Of a stretch of DNA of 64,000 nucleotides, positions 1 through 12,100 are shown piece after piece. The notes below the pieces were generated by a model. It was not told the DNA's origin, did no database searches, and saw only the letters and a program-made list of their open reading frames with translations. This DNA is from Paragordius varius (taxonomy: Eukaryota; Animalia; Nematomorpha): positions 7,688,001 through 7,752,000 of the forward strand of contig OZ176053.1 of the NCBI GenBank assembly GCA_964247055.1, written 5' to 3'. The position numbers and the translations under genes are program-made. Every line of letters begins with the position of its first letter. Position 1 is the first letter of the stretch.

Positions 1-201
1 TATATCCCCTTTACAGTCTAAAAACCTTTTCCATCCAATCATAAATGAGTGTCATCACTAACAATCCAATTGTAAAAAAATCGTTTCGATTTACATGAAA
101 TATCATTACGATTGACTAGGAAAAATGGGTTTTTAGACCGGAAAAGGGAGTGTACATATATCATATTATATGTGAGGATGGAAGAAAATAAAATTAGGTA
201 T

Positions 202-1052
202 TTATTGAATTTTGGTATCTTTGCTTTCGCTATCGAGCACGACTGATTTGTGATGCGCATCCTCGGGATTAAGAATAAAGGCCCGACCTTCCCTCTGGGC
301 TTCCCTAATGGGATCATGGGAAACGTGATCCACCTTGTATACTTTGTAGGCATGATAAAATGCCAAAGCTGATATACTTCCTACCGCAATCGTTTGTACT
401 AAAACCTGTGTCGTGCACGGAAAAAAAATAAATTGCGTTGCAGTGCTTCAATTTTTACATTAAACATGCAAAAAATTTGATAGGAAAGCTTTTAAATTTA
501 GTAAATATTTATATTCTCATGCAATTTATTATAAACATATGAAGTGCAGATATATAAAACAAGAAAAAATATAGATGTGAAGAAACAAATTCAAAATTGT
601 AAAAAGGATATATACCCGAAGTTGGACAAAGTAGGAAGAAGCCGATACAGTTTTGGGCATTTGTTTAAATTTATATATTCCGAAAGCAGTAACTCCAAAC
701 AGTCCGGCGATACCTTAAAAATATATATAACGATTAAACCTAATCCTACGATAGGGGCTTCACCAAATTTTCTTCGGGTTCTCTCAAAAGGTGATTCACT
801 TCTATAACGATAATCATCTAAAGCAGGATGGGATGGTATATCCCCCAACCGATATTTCGGATAAATTGTTGGATGAGAGGGTGGTTTGTGAATTTGATAA
901 CCTAACGGTTTGCTTTCCTCCTCCGGCGTACGTGGTTCAGTCATATATTGAGGTTTAATACCATGATCATGCTTTATAGGTTCATCATTAATCCCAACAA
1001 GAGGTTCATTATCTTTTGGATTGATTCCAGTAAATGATTTTCGACCGCTCAT
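202..1052 (-). CDS. HIGD1: HIG1 (hypoxia-induced gene) domain protein, 3 exons (1052-740, 713-616, 405-202), ~204 aa
   Basis: Splicing out GT-AG introns 739-714 (26 nt) and 615-406 gives ...SESPFERTRRKFGEAPIVGLGIAGLFGVTAFGIYKFKQMPKTVSASSYFVQLRVLVQTIAVGSISALAFYHAYKVY..., matching the HIG1 two-TM pattern (PVGIAG..AYGLYKLK..IHMRVAAQGFVVGA). Stop TAA at 204-202. Confidence 0.85.
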
Positions 1053-1082
1053 GTTAAGATTTTACCATATGGAAAACCTTTT

Positions 1083-3517
1083 ATGCATATATTTTTAAAT
1101 TTGTATCACATTGGAGCTAGAGTATTTAAATTTAAGTTATCAACTATCAGCACTGTTATACAAGAATTGTCTGAAAGACAATTAATTAAACAAATACTAC
1201 CCCCATTAGAGTAATTATTTAATAATTTAAGTTATTCCAATATATTAGAAAAAAGCGATGCTCAAGTATATACAGGCATAGATCCGACGGCTGATAGTTT
1301 ACATGTAGGGCATCTTTTGATATTGTGCAATCTTTTTCGGTGGTGTATGCTAGGATCAAAGGCTATTATAGTGGTTTATCCTTATTTTATTTTAGTTAGG
1401 TGGTTCCACTGCTAAAGTCGGTGACCCTACTGGACAAATCACCTCTCGAGTTGCTTTGAATAATAATATAATAACTCACAATGTAAACAATCTAAGAAAA
1501 CAAATTATGTATATTGTCAAAAATTTTGATACGCTTGATCATAACAAATTACGGTACTGTATATGAAATTAGTTTAGAATTCTTAATAATGAGGATTGGT
1601 ACAATGAAATGCATTTGTTAGAATATGTATCAGAGGTTTCCCCTCATTTTCAATTGGGTACAATGCTAAGAAAAGATTCGTATAAAATATAAATATTTAT
1701 CCATAGTGTAAGATCTAGGCTCAAAAATGATCACAACCCAAACTCTAGTATGACTTTGAAAGAATTTTTGTATCAAACATTCCAGGCTTATGATTGGTAC
1801 CATTTATACAAGACGTACAATTGTTGTATTCAAGTATTTTTTATTAAACATAAGATAGGTGGTTCTGATCAAATGGGAAACATGGAGGCCGGCTACGAAT
1901 TTATAAAAAAGAAAACTGGCAACATAGTTCATTGTTTGACATTTAATTTTTTTTTAATTATTATTTTTTAATAATATATCATTTTTTGAATATTTTGATT
2001 AAATACTATTCATATTTGTAATTTAATTTCTTTTTTAGGCCTAACATATCCATTGTTACTGACCCAAAAGGGTGAAAAAATATCAAAATCTAATAAAAAT
2101 AATGTGATTTGGTTAAATCCTGAATATACATCGCCTTTTCATTTTTACCAGGTATGTATTATTGAATAAGCCTTATAACTTGTTATTTATTGCATGATAT
2201 GATTAATTCATTATTGAAAATTTTAGTATTTTGTTAGATTGATGGACAGGGATTTGGAATTATATCTCAAATATTTTACATTTATGCCTTTGTCGGATAT
2301 CGAAACCATCATCAACGAACATCAAGTTATTATAATTTCGCTTTTAGTTGTCATTTTACAAAATTAAATAAAAATATTTTTTAAAATATAACAATAGAGG
2401 TATCCAGAAAAACGGGCAGGACAAATTAATTTAGCCAATCAACTTACAAAACTCATCCATGGAACTGCCGCGTTGACAGATTGCCAATCCATTTCAAACT
2501 TATTATATGACAAAAATTTTGATTTCAATTCTCTTGATTCTAGCATTATAGGTGTTTTGATCAACACACTAGGTGTTGACTTGGAAATAATTGTTAATAC
2601 AAACAATGTCCCTAAAACCATAAATAATGATTGTATAAGCATTGTACGACCACACGTTATTTATTTAGACAACATTGAATATAAACACCTTACATATCAA
2701 CATTTATTTAAATGGCTTGTCCAATCTTCGATCATCTCGAATGAAAGTATGTTTTACCCATATTTAATAATACATAACCTTATAAGGGATTGGAAATGTT
2801 ACCATTATCAGTTACTAATACTTTTGTCCATGGTTTTAGTTATTTTTATAAGACAATTTCCGAGGCCAAATAGTTTCGCCATGGTTTCTGCCAAAAAAAT
2901 GGTTCAATATAGTTTTATGATGTGGTTAGGTTCTGATTTTGGGTCTATTTTTTTTATTTTGAAAATATCATAGTTAACTTCGTCTGTATTAATAAGCAAA
3001 GATTTAAACATTATCTGGGTGATTTTATTTTAAAGCAAAACTTATTTCTAATAAAATAATAAATCGGGTTTACGTTTTATTCAAAATTACCAATATATTC
3101 AACCGTGGTCCGATCTTAAAATAGTTTCGATACCTTTAAGATTTTTTGTTTAAAGACGGTTCTAATTTTAAAAAATATATTCCGGTTTCTAGTGCCTGCC
3201 TTTTTCCACATTTATTTCCTAAGACTGAACTTTACTATATTTATCTTTTATTTAAGGTGAAATAATACAGCTAATGCACCAAAATGCACTACGTATCAAT
3301 GATTGTATGTTTAAAGTTAATCTACAACAATTAACTGATACTTTACCGTTAAACCTACTGATAAAAGAGTTTCAAGTCAGCCAAAAAACTGAAAATGGTG
3401 AATCATTCACTGGAATAACCTTGCTTAAAATTGGTATGTTGAAAAAATTTAATTATTTTAGGTCGTAGAAATTACCATATAATTAAATGGAAAATTTATG
3501 ATAATCTTGATATGTAA
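1083..3517 (+). CDS. YARS2: Tyrosyl-tRNA synthetase, mitochondrial/bacterial type (multi-exon)
   Basis: Spliced translation contains VYTGIDPTADSLHVGH (HIGH motif), LGGSTAKVGDPTG, EFLYQTFQAYDW, IQIGGSDQMGN, KISKS (KMSKS motif), IWLNPEYTSPFHFYQ and the S4-like C-terminus ITLLKIG|RRNYHIIKW (human LSLLKIGKRNFYIIKW). Introns at 1211-1231, 1374-1395, 1554-1577, 1680-1706, 1833-1854 and 3434-3461. Confidence 0.95.
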
Positions 3518-3635
3518 ATCATTAAAACATGATATAATAAATACGGTGCATTTATTTTTATTCACGCCATATTTATGGATATATTGTATTTATATAAATA
3601 TGTTTTTTTACATAATTTATGAATGGCAAGCTATA

Positions 3636-6600
3636 TTAGCTTCCTAAATCAATTTCTTTTAATTTTTCTTCATATATATGCGCATTATCTGGATCAATTT
3701 CTCTAGCCAACTTTGCCAATTCCGTTAAACCTAAAATCGTGTATAATTTAAGGTTTATATTTTAATTTTGTTGTAAATGTTTTTATAAAAATTACAAGTT
3801 AAATTTCGAGGAAATTTATTATGTGCTTCTTGAAGGACATCATAGGCCTGTATTAAATCATCCAAGTTAATGAGTGTTTGTGATAATGTTATATCCCATT
3901 TAACATTTTCAGGGCTAAATAAATATAATAAAAATTTATATATGTAGTTCGTATAATAAAAATATTAACCAATTTATAATACAGACAAACATACTCTAAA
4001 AGTTTTCCATGTTCCAAATACTTGATTGCATCTTTAAGGGAAACGCTTATATCTTCATCGCTTCTCTTGATGTAATAAAATGCCAGTTTATGAATCAAGT
4101 AAATATTATTAGGGTCTAATTCATAACCTTGCTTATAACATGCTAAAGCCTTTTTTGAATACGATTCCTCATCTTGTGGAATGATCATGATCCTTTTTTT
4201 ATCGGCATTCTCTTTAAGGTCCAACCTTTCGTAAATGATTCCCATGTTAATTAACACGGGGATAGAATATGGGTTAAGGTCCAAACATTTTTGAAAGCTA
4301 AATATAGTATTAAACATATATAATTTATACTATTTCAAAGACGATTTAAGCGATGACACATCAGGGTCTTGAGATAATTTTAGGTTACATGAAGCTATTT
4401 TTTCGAAGGTTTGTGGCTTTAAAGCACTGAATTCTTCCGTTTTTTCTAACGATTGTTCAGCAGATGGCTCATTAAACACCATTTCTAATTCCAAATAAGT
4501 TTGTAATGCGTCATCAAACTTCGCTAAGCATTCAAACGTTAATCCCAAGTTATATAAACCTATCACCTTGTTATCGTGTGTCGGCTCTATCAAAACGCTT
4601 TTAAAATATTTGATTGCTGTTTCATATTCTCCTTGTTTCATTTTGACAATTCCCATATTAATATCAAACTCTTGGGTGCTTTTCTCATGATCGATAAAAT
4701 ATTGTTTGATGCTTTGCAATTGTGATTCAGCATTCTCCAAATTATTTGACTGTTTTTTTATAGACATAAATTTATAATTTACTTTTGAATACAGGTAGGA
4801 TATGTTTAAAGCACATTTTTTAGCTATATCGAAATGGTAAGTATCCTTAACTTGCGATTCCATCGTTTTTTGTAACATTTTATCGTATATGGTTATAGCC
4901 TAATTTTTAGCATCCATAGCAATACTTGATCAAATCGTTCTTTTTCTACCAGCCAGGCGGCTACTAACATTTCCATACCGGGTAAGGGAGTTTTTTGCAA
5001 TATAATTTGTTCAAAACACCTATAACATTTATAATTTAAGTTACAAACTAGGATCCGTTAACATTAAGATATTTATGAGTATTTTTATTTTTTAAATATT
5101 GACCACCGAAAAAACACAACTGCAAAAAATAATCTCTCCCTTATATACCATTTAAAATTTAAATTCACCCTTGAACAATTCAAATTCACCCTCGAACAAT
5201 TCAAATTCACCCTCAAATAAAATATATGTTTTTTAATATTAAAAATTACCAATATTTTTATATATTTTAAAAAATAAAAATTTTGTATTAAATTAAAATA
5301 ATACTGAAAAAATAATAAAACTATAACATAAACATATATTTCATATTAATAATGAGTTATATTAGTTCGAAAATACATAATTTATTTTTAGGGTGAATTT
5401 GAATTGTTCAAAGGTGAATTTGAATTGTTCAAGGGTGAATTTGAACTGTAAATGGTATATATATATTTATGCTTTTTAAAAAGTCCAATTAACTAAAACC
5501 TATCTATAATGGTTTGCAAAATATCAAATAATTATCTTAAACTCTAATTACCAATCGAATCCATCAGCAACATCTTCTGTAATAGCGTAAGCAATCAAAT
5601 TTACAAGGTCTAAAATGGAGTTTGATAGCTCAGACACGGTTAAAGTGGTTAATTCTATAAAATCTTTTTTCAGTGATTCGCTAACATCATTGTTTGATTT
5701 AGTGTTTGTTTCCATACATTTGCAACATTTAGCAACAATTACATTGATAAGAATTGAGCCGTATATGTTTTGCTTGAGAATACTAATTTTTTCCGCCGTA
5801 CCTAATAAAAAAATAATTATCAATAGAACAAATAGCAGATGAGCATTTAGTTTAATCGAAACATTTTATAGTTTTTGATATTAGATTTTCATATTTTCAC
5901 GATTCGTTTAGTGGCCTTGGAATTAAATTATAATTAATATTTCTGTTTTAGGCGAAACTTGGAATAACTCATCAAACTATATCTATTCATTTAATTCGAC
6001 CTTATTGCTTCTTATTCGTTTGCGAAAAATACTCTTTAAAGCCATTTTGGGCGGTTTTCCACTCTAAGTAAAAAATACCCCGATATTGCGCAAACGGGTG
6101 GAATATTAGGTAACTTCACTTTCTGAAAAACTGATTTAAAACTTTTTTACGAATAAATTTGGAGGTAAATAAAAGCGTTTAATAAATATTCTGCAAATAT
6201 TTTTTAATGAATCAAGATACTCCTTACAGTTTTTGGATTTGCCTCAAAGCTAACATTTTATAGTTAATTTCTAAATTTAAATTTTAAATATTGATAATTA
6301 AATTTTCAAACAAATTTATTTCTAGGTAATTCAAGTTCTTATTCTCATTCATAATCTTCCATATTAAATTGACAAATACCCAAAAAATAATGCACAGAAA
6401 ATAAATGATAAATAATGTGCTAAGTGGCCAAACTACTGCCCGTAGAGCTGTGTGGGATGATAAAAACCCTTTTTTATTTTTTTGTTTAAATATGAGTTTT
6501 TTTTATTAGGGAGAGGGGAATTAAAAAGATTTTTTAACAGTTTACTGGCAAAATTAAATTTTATAATTACCATTTTTTACAACTGGTGCTAAAATTTGTT

Positions 6601-7370
6601 TGATATGCTCAAAGGATTCGATAGCTTCGTCATATTTTTTGTTTTTTAGCATTATTCTACCGATGCTTGCCATAATTTTGCACCTAACATATATGAAATA
6701 TAAAAACCTCAAAGTTTCATAATCTTCTGGGGTTTGATCTAATGCCATTCTATAAAACTTTAACGCTTTTTCCAAACTTCCCACCTGTTCATACAAATCC
6801 CCGATATGTTTTTTAATACGAACTATTAAGACATTTATATACGAAAAAATCAAAATGAAATAATTGTTTATGATCAATAATATAATACATACAATTATTT
6901 TTGAATTTAAACAATAGTCTGTAATACTGAATGGCTTCTTCGTACATTTTTAAATATTCATAAGCCAGAGCAATATTCATAATAATCTATTTGCAAATAA
7001 TTATAAAAAAGATGTTACCTTAAATTCAAGAGTTTCCTTAATTTGTGCATTCCAAAACATAGTAAACCCAGACTTTTTATATACCTTTCTGTATTCATCC
7101 ATTTTCCTGGACGCTTCTAGCAATTCCGATTTATTTATCAATAATTCATAGGCATCTTTAATATCCAAAGCCTCTTGTAAAATCTAAAATCTTTTAGGAT
7201 TTAAAACCTCTTTGGAAACATTGATGTGAATAGTTTCATAAATCCGAATAATATTTTCTTGTAACTCCAGCACAGAAACATGGAAATAGCTAATTTTGTT
7301 AATAGCTTTACTCAATTTCTTTTAAAATTTTTGATTTTTCCTTGGTTAAATTTTTTGATTCTTTCGTCAT
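3636..7370 (-). CDS. IFT88: Intraflagellar transport protein 88 (TPR protein), divergent, multi-exon
   Basis: Collinear matches to IFT88 across exons: IIMNIALAYEYLKMYEEAIQYY, LEKALKFYRMALDQ, CKIMASIGR..YDEAIESFEHI, ADGFDW|CFE, KCALNISYLY, INMGIVKMKQGEYETAIKYFKSVL, GLYNLGLTFE, PENVKWDITLSQ..AHNKFPRNLT|CL (human QPTQVKWQL..THRKFPENVECL). ATG at 7370, TAA at 3638-3636. Confidence 0.92.
5143..5459. mobile_element. TA-flanked MITE with terminal inverted repeats containing 21-bp tandem units, in an IFT88 intron
   Basis: Left end TA-TACCATTTA followed by three aattcaaattcaccc(t/c)tgaac-type units. Right end has three inverted gggtgaatttgaattgttc-type units ending TAAATGGTA-TA. Confidence 0.8.
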
Positions 7371-7866
7371 GTTACAACAATAAAGCAAAATATTATATAT
7401 TTTAATCCCATAAATAAAAAAATTATTGATTTTCTGACAGGTAAAAATTGGTCCCTTTTCTGTATTCGTTTATTATATGAGAGAAACATAAAATAATCTA
7501 TATTATTAATTTTATTTTTAACATAATCCAACATCATTTTTATATATTTTCTAATATTTGGAAAATTTATTATAATAATTATTGTGTTTTGATAATACAA
7601 TAAATTCGATTATTTGGTTATGCGTTATTTGCCAATATTATTTATCAGCTATATTTAGATATTACATTAAAATATTTCCATAAAAAATGATGTTTTTAAA
7701 CTTTCATAACTCATTAAACGTCAAGGATTCTTGCATTGATAGAGTGTTATAAAAAATAATGGTTTTAAATTCTTTATACCAGTCGTACTCAAACCGGGCC
7801 CCAAGAGTTTCTTATGGCACTGAGTTATATATTTATTCTTCAAATGTACTTATTTAGATTTGAATA

Positions 7867-8063
7867 TACAGTATGAGTAAGTATACAATGCTAGAAAGTT
7901 ATAATTATTGCCAAATAGCATATATAACAAAGGACAGTATTATTGGCTTATAGTTATGTTTTTCACTTTTTACTATTATTAACCAACAATAATTATCTTT
8001 GCTGCATATGCTATTTGGCAATAATTAATAACTTTCTAACAATGTCTTACTCATATGTGTGTA
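7867..8063. mobile_element. Short fold-back MITE (Tc1-like TA-CAGT end)
   Basis: tacagtatgagtaag..ctagaaagttataattattgccaaatagcata is mirrored by tatgctatttggcaataattaataactttctaacaatgtcttactcata..ta. Confidence 0.7.
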
Positions 8064-9122
8064 AATGTGACAAACAACCATAGTATTTATCGATATTATA
8101 TGGAGCACGACTCTTAAGACAAGAAAAATATTTTTTTACCCTTCAAAATTTTTTGGTAAGTACCACTACTATATACCATATGCACAATGTACACATTCAA
8201 AACTACCTAATTTTCATTCTAATTCAAATATAATACAAACAAATTTTTTAAAAAAATGAAATACTTTAAAAAATTAAATACATGTGATTTAAATAACGAA
8301 ACAAATCAATATTTGTGTAAGATTTAAAGCGGAATCCAAACTTGATGGCCAGGAACTCATCCGCATTGATTTTAAATCAGGATTGATATTGATTAAAAAG
8401 CAATTGTCTTGTTCTACCAACATTCAGTTAGGTGCTTGAAAATAACAGGAAAATGCTTAATAATGGATAATTCGATTGGTGATTAATTGAGTTATCTTAT
8501 TCAGACACTCAAACGGGATCTGGCAAATCGAGAGAATCGCGTGACGACAGATTGAAAAATGTATTACAACGACATAAAACGGATTTCAAATTAGGTCGGG
8601 ATAAACTAAACTTTCGGTTTTATCGGTAAATTAAGAATAGAGAGTTTAAGTTAGTGGTATCCGGCCCATTAATAAAGAGGGCCTAGATTGCATCCTTTCC
8701 GAAGCTCTTCAGTCTGTCATTTTGGTAATATAGTGTAAATCTATACTTTGTATGTGCTTAAATAACTAAGTGTCTTGTAAAACTTTCGCCATTTTATATC
8801 ATTATAACACTAGGATTGAATAAATAACCTTTCGATTCAAAATTTAAATCATACGTCGTATTTGGTTTCAATTAAAGATTTAATTGATATAGATAGTAGT
8901 TCAATATAAATTTAACCATCCTACTCGAATGAATTTAGGGCCAAGTCAATATTTGCGGAACAGGTGACAATATATAATATGTATATATATATTATCTCGC
9001 AAGCCTTCTCATGCGGTTATTTAAACTACAAATTTATATTCAATTGATTCTTTAAAAAAGGGATACTATAATTTATTTTAGAATAAAGTGTCATTTTGTA
9101 TAAGTAATTCATTTAATTTAAT

Positions 9123-12100
9123 TCATTCTTTCGCTAGCACATCATAACAAACTGAACAGACGCGGACAGGTTTCGGCAAATTAAATTTGGGTATTGGAAC
9201 CATTTTATCTGAGCATTTTGTGCAAAGCACCCGTCCACAATGCCGACTAAATATATATATAGAATTAATTGCAACTATTAATTGACCCAATTTTATCTTA
9301 CTGCATAAAAGATATGTAAAAATAAAAATTTTCATAGTTTAAAATAAATAATAACACCAATATATCATTAAATTATTAATACGCGATTCAGTAGATATTT
9401 AAACAAATGATGTTTTATGTTTGAAATTATATTTAATCGCTATCATATTACATAATGTTTGCTTATATCCTAAAAAATACCAGTGATGTTTTCTCATGGT
9501 AATACCAAATTTTGTGTTACACTCATTGCAGAAATCTGAATCTGTCCATGTTGGTTCTTCAGTTAGCATATCTTTGTTATACACAAAAAAAGATCAAAAA
9601 TTTATTATGGAATAAAAAATTAATAATATGTACCAAGTAATTTGAATAGTAATTGGTGAGAAGCAACTGGAGCTTTAAATATACAGATGCCTTCATTATT
9701 AACATTCCCCAAGGAGGAACCGGCTTTAACCAAAGCACGACAAAGATTACCACGCCCGTTTAGATATGCATGAAGTAAAGCTATAAAAAATTGTCGATTA
9801 GATTTACAAAAAATGAAATTATTATATTAAATTTAAGCTACCTAAAAAGTAAAATTTTATGTTATCATTTAACTATTTTTTATATTTACCAGGTACAATA
9901 TGTAACTTATATATTACCAGTATTTCCATCCTCATCCGGTAAGTTTATAATCAACGGAACCTGATCGGCTCTAAATCGAGTAAAAAGTTCAAACATTGCA
10001 ACTCCATTATCTTTTACATAGATGCCTATGAGTTGTAAAGCATTCCTTCCCCTATATTAAATGATATCACATTAATTATGTTAATTACAAAATGTGTGAT
10101 CAAATATTTCATTTTGTGTTTCCTACTTTGTGTTAATCATTTCGATAGGAAGTTCAGTTTCAGAAAGTATCATTTCAACGCATTCTAAATGTCCGTTCAT
10201 AATTGCCATATGCAAAACTATAATATAAAAATCAAGACTTAAAATTCTGTATAATCGACTTACAATGTTAAAAACAAATTTTTAATATTTCAATAGCAAG
10301 CGTAAAAATTTGTATAAAGTTTGCACTGAAAAATAAAAATTTACTATTGTTTCCATTATTATCCGCGGCAAACAAATCAGCTCCATTCTCCAGAAATATT
10401 CTGGCAATATCGACACGACCATGTGATATTGCCACGTGCAAAGGGGATTGTGAATGAGAATTTTTAGCATTTATGTCGGAACCTGCTAATAACTAAAAGA
10501 AAAATATATTAGTTTTATTAGTTCATTGCTAAAGGATGGTGGGTTATTGGTAACAGAGCCTTAATTTGAAAATTCCAAAATAGGATAAAATAAACAATAT
10601 AATTGATTATTAAGTAGAGAGAGTATGCCATTAGAATAAAACCTAATAACCAGGAGTTTTTTGCAAATTTAACATAATAATATTTTTTTATATTTTAAAA
10701 TTTTTGATAGTGTTGAGCATATTTACATATATGTAAAATGCAAATTAAAACCGAGGTGTGTAATAAAACAGTTTTGTTAAACAAAAGAATATAAAATTAT
10801 TTTATTTATATACCATATCTGTAAAAACACACAATATTTTTTGTTAAACTGATAAGCTGAATTAATACGTTTGTTATAACGTAAGTTCTACAAAAGTTTG
10901 TGTATTACATTTTCTCAAATCTGTGAAAAATTTATACTTGTTTATACATTATATATATATATATATATATATAGTTACCAAATTCCTAACAATTATTTCG
11001 GTGGCGTATTGTGCTGCAATGTGTAATGGTGTATTTTGCAAGTTATCTTGAACCCGTGAATTGACATTGGCTTTGATTGCAAGTAAAAACAAAACATTCT
11101 CAATATCGCTCATTTTTATGGATGTATGCAAAAAGTTATAACCCTTGTTATCTACCTATATGAATGTTTTTAATACGTAATATAGATAAGCTCTTATTTC
11201 ATTTTCGTAAGGAGTAATTTTACTACAAAGGCTTATAACACTCCCCTGGTCTAATTGTAAATAAAAAGTTTAAAAAAAATAATTACAAAGTAAATACGAA
11301 TTCTATAAGGAAATATGCTACGCACCAAATTCTAATATTAAACATTTTGAACTAGCAAAAATTGGCAAAGTAAACAGTAATTATATTAATTAAATAATTT
11401 TACAAAGTGTGAACTATATCACTCGAAAATGATAATCCTAAATCTTAATAAATGAATCGGATTTAGTCTTTGCTATTTAATTATATATATAAATAATGCG
11501 TTTCTCTCTTACTAATTATATTGTTTTTGTAATGGCAAAATAAATAGTAATTGTATTGGGTTCGTAAATTATTTTAGGGTAATATGTTTTATAAAATCTA
11601 ATAAAATTGGATCCCATATATTTTTCATTGGGACTTGCGAACCCCTTTTATGTACCTGTTCTGCTGCACTCGGTTCCCTGTCAATGATAGATTGAGCAGC
11701 TGTATGATTTTTAAGTACCATGGCGCGTTCAAAGGCCGTTTTTCCTTGTGGTTTATCTTTTATAGTAAGATTTATAAGTGGGTGAGCAAGTAAAGTATAA
11801 ATGATGAAGTCATATTCCTTTTTATTTTCGTGGTGATTTGATTTGTTATTTGTTGGATTTGAATCGGGAATACAAGTCCCATGACTCTCAATAGCTATAT
11901 GTAAAGCAATGCGACCTTTATCATCCTAACAAATACATAAATACAAGTTATTCAATTCAATAATACTAGTTTACGTTATTAAATTTAAAGGAAATGTTAA
12001 AGATATAAAATATTGTTGACATACAGGGAGAGGTGATGAAAAAGAAAAAAACCGATTTTATAATTTTTACATATATTATCATTAAAACAAGCAATCCCTT

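Noticed and set aside
39-353. 104-aa ORF MPTKYTRW...
   Set aside because: It is an alternative frame over exon 3 of the HIG1 gene; the conserved frame is VLVQTIAVGS...KIQ-stop.
2748-2973. End of ORF 2473-2973 as the YARS2 C-terminus
   Set aside because: The true S4-like C-terminus (ITLLKIGRRNYHIIKW) is at ~3258-3517, so this stretch is best read as intron.
8510-8530. P-loop-like QTGSGKS
   Set aside because: It sits in a short frame without the preceding hydrophobic strand or a Walker B motif; probably chance.
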